Source of the DNA: Octopus vulgaris
Taxonomy: Eukaryota
Length of the DNA stretch: 64,000 nucleotides
Direction of reading: 5' to 3'
Assembly: GCA_951406725.2 (NCBI GenBank)
Contig: OX597831.1
Span: forward strand, 31,310,001-31,374,000
How positions within the stretch are numbered: position 1 is the first letter of the stretch; each line of letters starts with the position of its first letter. Of the stretch, positions 54,831-64,000 are shown in pieces. The position numbers were made by a program, and so were the translations under genes. Below the pieces are notes generated by a model. That model was not told the DNA's origin. It did no database searches and worked only from the letters and a program-made list of their open reading frames with translations.

Positions 54831-55684
54831 ATTACATGGAAAAATGCGACCAAGAGAAATGATATTCTTAAGATTGTAAACCTGGAAAATTACAGGACAA
54901 GTTATTACACTTGGAAAAGTTCAGGACAACTTATTACATCTGGTAAAGTACAAAAGAAGAAATTTTTTTACTTAAAATATTGCAGCAAAGGATAAAATTT
55001 CATATAAAATATTTAGATTTTGAAAATATTAGCTTTTATTAAAACAAAAAAAAATTATTACAAGCTATTATTTCATTTGTAATTACTTGTTACTTCTATT
55101 AAAAATTAGAAATAACTCAAAATATTTTTTGCACTTTAAAAAGTTCATTTTTTTAAAATTATTAATAATTAGAAATTTGAAAATAGGTTATAAAAAAATA
55201 ATAGTAATACATAATTAGTTAGTACAATAAATAGAATAATACAAAAAATAGTTATATATTACAGTAAAATCTACCTATAACAACAAATTCACAGTAAAAT
55301 TTTCTTGAGTTATTGCCAAAGTTATTGCCAAGTCTTCACATTTTTAGTCTTGACCCAATGCCTATTTTTTACATAATGAATTTGTCTACCATATATACTA
55401 TTCTACTTTGCATAAAACTTTAGCTATATTGGTACTTCTAGCTCTCGTTTTTTAAGTATTCTAGTGTGTCAATATTTTAATCATAATGTTTCTTCGTAAA
55501 TTAAAATCAAATAATTTTTATTATTAAAATTTTATCCTTAGCTGCAATATTTTAACAAAAAAATTTCTTGTTCTGTACTTTACCGTATCTAATAAGTTGT
55601 CCAAGTGTAATAACTTGTCCTGAAATTTTCCAGGTTTATAATCTTAAGAATATTATTTCTCTGGCTCGCATTTTTCCATGTAAT
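54831..55684. mobile_element. Foldback/MITE-like element with ~190-bp imperfect inverted arms
   Basis: 54831-~55025 is the reverse complement of ~55501-55684; ~28-bp subrepeats within the arms; AT-rich non-coding spacer. Confidence 0.8.
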
Positions 55685-56571
55685 TCATGTTTTTTCCAGA
55701 CTGTGCTATTATGCTAATTAATAATGTGTCAAATGTGCCAATTGGCAGAGTCGTTGATAATTTTTTTCCTTGCGTCAATGACGCCGGTGACATATATTAA
55801 ATGTTCTCTTATAGAACTATATTCATTAAAAAAAAAGTATAGAACTATATTATCACCCTCAAATTTGAGAAACAAACACTCATAACTTTTTTCTTTTAAA
55901 ACTTCATTGCATGAAATTGATACCATGAAATTCCTCAAATTGAGCTCTGTCATTCAAGCTTAATTAAAATAGTTTGTTTTTAAAATAAAAAGTTAATGAA
56001 ACTTAAATCCAATTTTTTGCCTTATATTTTTTCATATTTTATCTCACAACTCTTTTGATACAAACTTTTGCTGCATGGGACCAAAACTATGAAATTCTTC
56101 ATACTTTCTGCTATTATTGAATCTAAGATAAATATATTTTGCTTTTACAAAAAAAAATATTATTTAGATTTATACTTGCTTGGTGACGTTACTTATTCTC
56201 CTATAACGTTACTACAAATTTTGATATAAACTTTTTTCGACTGGAACAAATCTCAATTTTTTTAATGCCAAAATGTAGCTAAGGACCAGTCCTCTTCAAA
56301 AATGTTGGTAATTTGGTTCAGAACTAAATTAGCGACAACCTCTGAAAGATGTTGCATGTGGGTAAATTGCAGCCTCAAGAATATTATTCAACTACGTACA
56401 TACATACTCTCTAATACACACGCACGCGTACCTTCATTTTAGGATCACCAATACTTTATTATCTCCCCTTCTTCCTAGCTCTCCTGTGTAACCCTTCTGT
56501 CCGGCATTCGCCATGACAGATCGCTAGCCACTACACATTCTTTATTTGCTCTCCTTGTTTCTTTCAGTGTT

Positions 56572-56609
56572 TCTTTCTGTGGAAGAGCGTAGGCTCGAAA
56601 CGTTAAAAC
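56572..56609 (+). ncRNA. Minimal hammerhead motif (A6U variant), second family copy (~56500-56697)
   Basis: tcttt-CTGTGGA-A-GAGC-gtag-GCTC-GAAAC-GTT-aaaac; flanks homologous to 15915-16125; ends at (TA)n. Confidence 0.6.
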
Positions 56610-56706
56610 TTTTTCACTTCCCGAGCGTTAAACTAATACATCTGTTTGTTGTATACACCACCTGTCTTCGTATTTTGTTTTTTGTGAATTCTCCCCTATA
56701 TATATT

Positions 56707-56799
<93 letters not shown>

Positions 56800-56979
56800 C
56801 AATATACGCAAATATATACACACACATAATTCACCAAAAAGAGACCGGTAGAATAAGTACTAGGCTTTAAAAAATAAGTCCTGGGTTGATTTGTTCGACT
56901 AAAACCCTTTGAGGCGGTGCTCCAGCATCGCCGCATTCAAATGACTGAAACAAGTAAATGAATAATATAATAAAAGAAT

Positions 56980-57034
<55 letters not shown>

Positions 57035-57472
57035 GATGGACAGATATTAGGAGACGCGCTGTATGCGTAGGTATGGTGAACAGTGTTATCCTAGACTAAA
57101 ACGATAAATATTAATTATCAAATATAAAAAGTAAATGATTTGCAATTCATTATAAACATGCTAAATTAATGCATGGAATAATTCAATGTGTATAATTCTA
57201 TAGTTAATATTTTGATGCCGATATTCAAGTTTAATGTTTATATTAAATGCAAAGCTATTAAACGTACGTGACGAAGAACAAAACCGACATTAAAATAATA
57301 TTTCCGTGAAAGTGTGTGCGCGTGTGTTACATAATATGTATACTATCCTCTAATGATTGGAGCATATTAAGAGACACATTGTTCCATGTCTATGAATGAA
57401 AAAGCCATAATGATTACACCTCCCCCGTCACATGCATCCACCTACACACACTTACCTACATACACATTTATA

Positions 57473-57553
<81 letters not shown>

Positions 57554-57614
57554 ATGATTGTATGTAAGTATGCATCTCTCTTTCTCTCTATATATATAAT
57601 ATATACATACGAAG

Positions 57615-57828
57615 GGTAGCGAGCTGGCAGAAACGTTAGCACGCCGGGCGAAATGCTTAGCGGTATTTCGTATGTCTTTATTATCTGAGTATAAATTCCG
57701 CCGAAGTCGACTTTGCTTTTCATACATTCGGAGTCGATAATTCAAGTACCAGTTGCGCACTGCGGTCGATGTAATCGACTGGCCCCCTCCCAAAAAATTT
57801 TCGGGCGTTGTGCCTAGAGTAGAAAAAG
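57615..57828 (+). mobile_element. SINE family A monomer
   Basis: Head plus core plus CCCCTCCC..GCCTAGAGTAGAAA tail. Confidence 0.8.
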
Positions 57829-58535
57829 GTGCCGAGTGACATGGCCCCAGCATGGCCGCAGCCTAATAACTGAAACAAGTAAAAAAAAAAAAACACTTTC
57901 CATAAATGGACTTTTGTCGCCCTCGATTATGAGTATTTCCCCTGCTCGATCAACTGGACAGCCCACACAAAGAATTACAGTTGAGTATTCACGTATTTTT
58001 TAAACATAATTGTCAGTCAGAATCGATGGCACAGTGGATGGCAAAATTAAATTTAAATTAACGGGATAATCCCCTTCCCTTTCCCTTTCTCCCAGGAGCT
58101 TCCATCATCCTAATTTCAGGCACAAAGCTTGAATCGAACCGAAGTTATGGTGAAAGACACTTGCTGAAGGTACTACGCAGTGGACTCGACACTTGCCACT
58201 ACGGGGTTGGGAACCAAACTTGTCCACTATTCGACGGTCCTTGTTCCCAGCAGCATTTTGTTTTTTTTTAATAATCTATTACAGCTTGTGAGGAAGAGGT
58301 TAGTCGATTACATTGACTGCAATGCCCATCCTTCTTGACCACGAAAGGATAAAAGATAAAGTCGACCTGTGTGGAATATAAACTCAAAACGTAAAAAGCC
58401 GGAAGAAATGGCGCTAAGCATTATGTCTGGCGCGATAACGATTCTGCCCAGCTCTCCGCCTTGTTGCCAACAGCTATATGTTATTTACACAAATACAAAC
58501 GCACATACTACTACTACACACACACACACACACAC

Positions 58536-58586
<51 letters not shown>

Positions 58587-59104
58587 TCACATGTACTCTT
58601 ACATGCAATTGATGAATCGTTAAGATAACTAAAGATAAGACCAAGCCAGTATCTGCACGCAACCGACCCAGCCTTCACATTAACCGTTCGACTGCGATCA
58701 ATTCTACAACAATCAGCTGATAACCATAACTTCAGTGGAACAATCCCATACTTCTGCTGTTAATTCAAGCTTAATTCCGATAATATTTCAAGCGAATGCT
58801 ACTAATAAGCCTGTTGAGTTCACATGTATTGTCGCTCCACTGAACATTTTACTCACATTTGACTTAGTGTGGTTAATGAACAATTTACGTTTCCAGCCAT
58901 TAATATCTTTCCATTTTTTTTTTCTGTCATTGATTCAGTATAAGACTATTCTGCTGACATGGAGTGGAATAGTCAGGTAAAGTGACCCAAGTATATTACA
59001 GTTATATTTATTCGAGCCAAAGCGATGGTTTTTACGTGGCCGCTCGTGCTGCTACAAATACTAACCAAATCGCTTTCAAATTCACACTGCTATCTTGTAT
59101 AAGA

Positions 59105-59405
59105 GTGGAGACACACGGTCAAGGGGTTAGAGCAGCGGACTCGAGGTCGAGGGATCGCGGGTTCGAATCTCAGACCGGGCGACGTGTGTGTTTATGAGCG
59201 AAACACCTAAGCTCCACGCGGCTCCGGCAGAAGGTAATGGCGAACTTCTGATGACTCTTTCGCCACAACTTTCTCTCACTCTTTCCTCCTGCATCTTGCT
59301 GCTCACCTGCGACGGACCGGCGTCCCATCCAAGTGGGGAACCTATACACCAAGGAAACTGAGAAACCGGCCCTTATGAGCCAGACAGGGATCGAGAAGGA
59401 ACAAA
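59105..59405 (+). mobile_element. SINE family C head with V-domain-like tail
   Basis: Reverse complement of 9755-10042. Confidence 0.8.
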
Positions 59406-59468
59406 CATCTTGTATAAGAATAGGATACGCTAATCAATGTTTGACACACACACGTGCGCGCGCATACA

Positions 59469-59519
<51 letters not shown>

Positions 59520-59648
59520 GCCCATACATACCGACTTATCTGTATACATCCCTTAATCGATCCATCCATCCATCCATCCATCCATCCATACATACATACA
59601 TACATACATACATACATACATACATACATACATACATACATACATACA

Positions 59649-59684
<36 letters not shown>

Positions 59685-60402
59685 TCACTGAGTAAACACA
59701 TTGATGCAAATGTGTACATATAATTTTGCATATTGAAATTAATAATACTATATAAAGAATACTATGAAACGGCTGTAACCGTATGGAAATCACATGGCAA
59801 AATAAATCTATTTTCACCTCTACCTCTAACACATCCTGATTTTATGCTTTGCGTGTGTGTGTGTGTGTGTGTGTATGTGTGTGCGTGTGTAGTGTGATAT
59901 GAGGGATATTTGGGGGATATTTTTGCAGTTGAAGTGGTATATATATATATATATATATATATCATTCTCTCTCCCGGATATTAAACTACAGTTCTCTCTG
60001 TAGGAATTTGTTGCTCTATAACTCACGTGGGTGGAAAGGGAAGGAATTCAAAGCCTCATTTGTACTTTTTGAATTCGTTAGTACTGGCAGTCGAAGATGG
60101 TTTGTCTGGGATTACTCATATCAGACGGGTATGTTCGATTTTTAGTGCTCTCAAATCCAAATCTAAAGAAATCTTTGAGCTGACGAAGGAAATGTTGATC
60201 TTTATATTCAACTAATCCAGAAACGGTCGTTCTCAAGTAATCTATGTACGTATGATCTTTCGTTATTTTTTCCCTCTATACCTGCGTGAATTATTTTTGA
60301 GTATACATTGTCTGGGAGTCTTTTCTTAGCGTAGAAGAAATAGCTAAGATTTTTTGGCTACTATTTCTAAAAGTACTGAACCCTAATTATATAACGTAAT
60401 GT

Positions 60403-60470
<68 letters not shown>

Positions 60471-61666
60471 TATTAGCAGTTGAAGTGACCACGTAGAAGT
60501 TTCCGCATTGCCCAATGAGTCTGTGGAGTTGGCTAAGCCGATATTAACAAACTACGGATCATCTATGGCTGAGTCAATTTGGTCAGACGACGCAGACAAT
60601 GCTAGAGTCAAGACACGTGGCTCTCCCTGGCCGTCTCTTGCAAACACTAATTGTTGGATATCAACCGCTACAATCTAACCAGTATGAACGAAGCCGTGCA
60701 AAGGTCTTGGGCACAACTTGTGTCTCTTCTAACTAGCTTATATAAATATTTACTTAAAAGACTACGAGAAAGATGACTTACCCAGCTTGACTTATTTCCC
60801 GTTGATAAAGTACACAAAACAGAAACCGTCATTGTTTAGCCAACGACCTACTAAATGCGACGAGTTGTTGCATTTTAATCATGTTCAGTTACCTACTCTT
60901 ACTTTTTATTCTTCCTTGGTTGATATCAAATGTTGATCAAATCATATCTTTAGGCGATTAACAAACAACACTTCTTCCTGCGTTCGATCTACATCAATTC
61001 ACACGAAACATCATAAATTAAATATATATATGTGTTTGTAAACACCACCGCTAAAAATAAATTACCCCAAAACAAAGCAAAAACTTAAACATATCGGAGA
61101 GATATCGCACGAAGAAAAAAAATTATATCCTTGACAATTATCATTTCTTTTCCTTCGAATTGTTGTTCTTATGTATTTACATAAACAGTCTTAGATATTC
61201 ATCTGCCTCTGTTTTCTATCTCAAATTCGTGCATATAATGTCTGATATATATATATATATATATATAGTTGAAATTTACAGGAAAACAAAAGACGAAGAC
61301 AGGTATGGGCGTGTGTGTGCTAAGATATATGTATATATGTGTGTGTGTGTGTGTGTGCGTGTGTGTGCATGCATGTGTATATATATCTGTCTGTCTGTCT
61401 GTCTGTCTGTCTGTATGTATGTATACATATATTTAAATGCATGTTTGTATACACATATATATACATGTGTATATATATATATGTGTGTGTATGTGTGTGT
61501 GTATTGAGAGAGTGAGAGAGAGTGAGAGAGAAAGAAAGGGGGAGATACATGTACAGGTGTGTATGCATATAGATGTATGTGTTTATATGTATCAATGTCA
61601 TAGATATATGCACTCGTTGGAGATATAAAATTGAAACACACACAACTGTGTGTGTGTTTGTATATA

Positions 61667-61702
<36 letters not shown>

Positions 61703-61727
61703 TGTATGTATGTATGTATGTAGATAA

Positions 61728-61814
<87 letters not shown>

Positions 61815-62288
61815 TAAACTACCATAGTCGTCACTCATACGTGAATATGGCTTGGTAACTATGCTTTCGCTAATTGGTTATGGCCTGTACAATCACCTGC
61901 GCAGTCGCCAATGCAGTACGTGATAAAATCACTCAAAAATTATTTGAAACAAAACATTAAATTTACCTATGCGGGACAGCACCATGTTTATATTCAACTG
62001 ATTCAACAGGGCTGATAACAGATACCAATAAAAAAAATTTACACAGTTTGAAATAGTCAAGTCAGCTCTACCGCTCACTAATCAAACATACTTTTAAAAG
62101 CACTAAAATCAGAACAAAAATATTACCACACCCCAGTCACAGACGAAGAAATAAATATTACATTGCACACTACACAGTCATTGCTTTCCTTTGACAAAAC
62201 TGTATAATCTTTAAAGTGCTAATGGGTGTCAAAAACCGAACTGAGATTTGCGAGATTATAAGCTCCAACATATTACTCATATTACATA

Positions 62289-62785
62289 CCGTAAATCCTA
62301 GAGTATAATCCGCATTTTTTTCTCCAAAATTTAAAGGTCAAAATCCCTAGTGCGTGCTATATACGAAATTAAAAATGAAAATTATTTTCTAAGCAATGTC
62401 CGAGACTCTATTTGCTGTACGGCAATGTTTATTCAGATGCATTTTGTGATGTTGGGCGCGAAAATACCTTAAGCTAAGCCTGAAAGCAATGAAGTCATAA
62501 AAGAATCATCCATAACTTGCAATAAGTAACATTTATTAAACGTTATTACAGTTATTTCTTTATTTTCTGCAAACAAAATGCACAAAAAAAGCTACACGTT
62601 TGCATTATGTTATATATACAATAATAATAAAGGACGTTGCCGTATACAGTTTTACAAACCAAGGACGTTATATAGAACTCCTTGACTCAAGTTAGAGAAG
62701 GGGTGCGTATTATACAGAAGGTTTAGGTTTTTCAGAGTCCCCTGCGTATTATACTCAAGGGCGGACTATACTCGAGGATTTACGG
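62289..62785. mobile_element. Tc2/pogo-like MITE
   Basis: TIR CCGTAAATCCT(A/C)GAGTATA(A/G)TCCGC at both ends, TA TSD, subterminal TGCGTATTATAC repeats, no ORF. Confidence 0.85.
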
Positions 62786-62971
62786 TATAAAAATAAACAA
62801 TCTGAAATGCTAATAGAAAATTTTAGGTAAAACTTCGCCTTTAAATAACTCCACCTACAAAAAGTATACTTCCTTGACATTACACTAAACCTAGTCACTA
62901 ACAGCTAAAACCTCTTAAGAAAATATATTCTATCATTCACCTTTTGCTTCTTTCAGTTATTAGACTGCAGC

Positions 62972-63104
62972 CATTTATAGATAGAAGGTCTTACAGCTGT
63001 TTCTAGGATATTAATTAATAATATCCCTTCATCGGAGACGGTGTGATAGGAAAATTATTAATTAATATCCTAGAAACAGCTGTAAGACCTTCTATCTATA
63101 AATG
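62972..63104. repeat. Perfect 51-bp inverted repeat with 31-nt spacer
   Basis: 62972-63022 is the exact reverse complement of 63054-63104. Confidence 0.95.
62988..63039 (-). ncRNA. Hammerhead ribozyme motif (U4C variant)
   Basis: GTCT-CCGATGA-A-GGGATAT-tattaatta-ATATCCT-A-GAAAC-agct-GTA-AGAC; palindromic stem III ACAGCTGT. Confidence 0.65.
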
Positions 63105-63507
63105 CTCTAATATCTGTACAGCCTTGGTTTTTTATCTTATTACGCAAAAAATATTTATGTACACACGCTGCCATAGAACCAACGTTGAACCCTTTATTCG
63201 CAATATTACCGAATCTAGACCTTCGTAGTCACATCTTTAGGATAAAGTGATATGGAATTGTGTTGCTGGGTCTTAACAGTGGGCAGGGCCGAAAGAAATT
63301 AATGATGGTAACAATACTCATACTGCTGTACAACGCTAAATAAACAGGCGTACATCAGTCACAAGCAAAAATAAGCACGTGATTTACGATGTGTAATTTA
63401 AAAGTTAACACAAGTCACTTTGGCTCGGCCTACGTTAAATAGAGAGAGTAACATACCAACATCATTTCATCCTGACGATGAGGATGATGGTATGTTTAAG
63501 GTCCTTA

Positions 63508-63921
63508 CGGCGGCGAGCTGGCAGAAACGTTAGCACGCCGGGCGAAATGCTTAGCGGTATTTCGTCTGCCATTACGCTGTGAGTTCAAATTCTGCCGAGG
63601 TCGACTTTGCCTTTCATCCTTTCGGGGTCGATAAATTAAGTACCAGCTACGCACTGGGGTCGATGTAATCGACTTAATACCTATGTCTGTCCTTGTTTGT
63701 CCCCTCTGTGTTTAGCCTCTTGTGGGTAATAAAGAAATAGATATTTCGTCTGCCGTGACGCTCTGAGTTCAAATTCCGCCGAGGTCGACTTTGCCTTTCA
63801 TCCTTTCGGGGTCGATTAAATAAGTACCAGTTACGCCCTGGGGTCGATATAATCGACTTAATCCGTTTGTCTGTCCTTGTTTGTCCCCTCTGTTTAGCCC
63901 CTTGTGGGTAGTAAAGAAATA
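63508..63921 (+). mobile_element. SINE family A tandem dimer with 17-bp TSD
   Basis: GGTATGTTTAAGGTCCT at 63489-63505 and 63922-63938. Confidence 0.9.
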
Positions 63922-64000
63922 GGTATGTTTAAGGTCCTGAAATATTGTTGATGGATTTGAGAACTTTACCGCATTTTCAAACAAATCACAAGGAGCTCAC

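Overview
AT-rich, microsatellite-dense eukaryotic non-coding DNA with no supportable host protein-coding gene. The ORF track is almost entirely simple-repeat or TE artefact. The SINE repertoire and microsatellite load look like an octopus/cephalopod genome (inference). Contents: four tRNA-derived SINE lineages (here called A-D), decayed non-LTR retroelements (R4/Dong-like, RTE-like, HERO-like), Tc1 and mariner remnants, MITEs, a foldback element and non-autonomous Helitrons. The main hidden signal is a set of seven type-I hammerhead ribozyme motifs from about six unrelated sequence families. Most have a palindromic or loopless stem III and lie roughly 70-105 nt upstream of an element end, usually at a (TA)n tract, as expected for Penelope-like pseudo-LTR/retrozyme remnants. 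One motif is fully canonical (34490-34541, minus strand). One is fused to a tRNA-type Pol III head (53756-54195). One sits inside a perfect 51-bp inverted repeat. Other points of note: head+(body)n SINE arrays whose target duplications start with the element's own junction motif GGTAT, head/tail shuffling among SINEs, and a 350-bp templated insertion. All calls were made by eye, and SINE and LINE-fragment boundaries are approximate.
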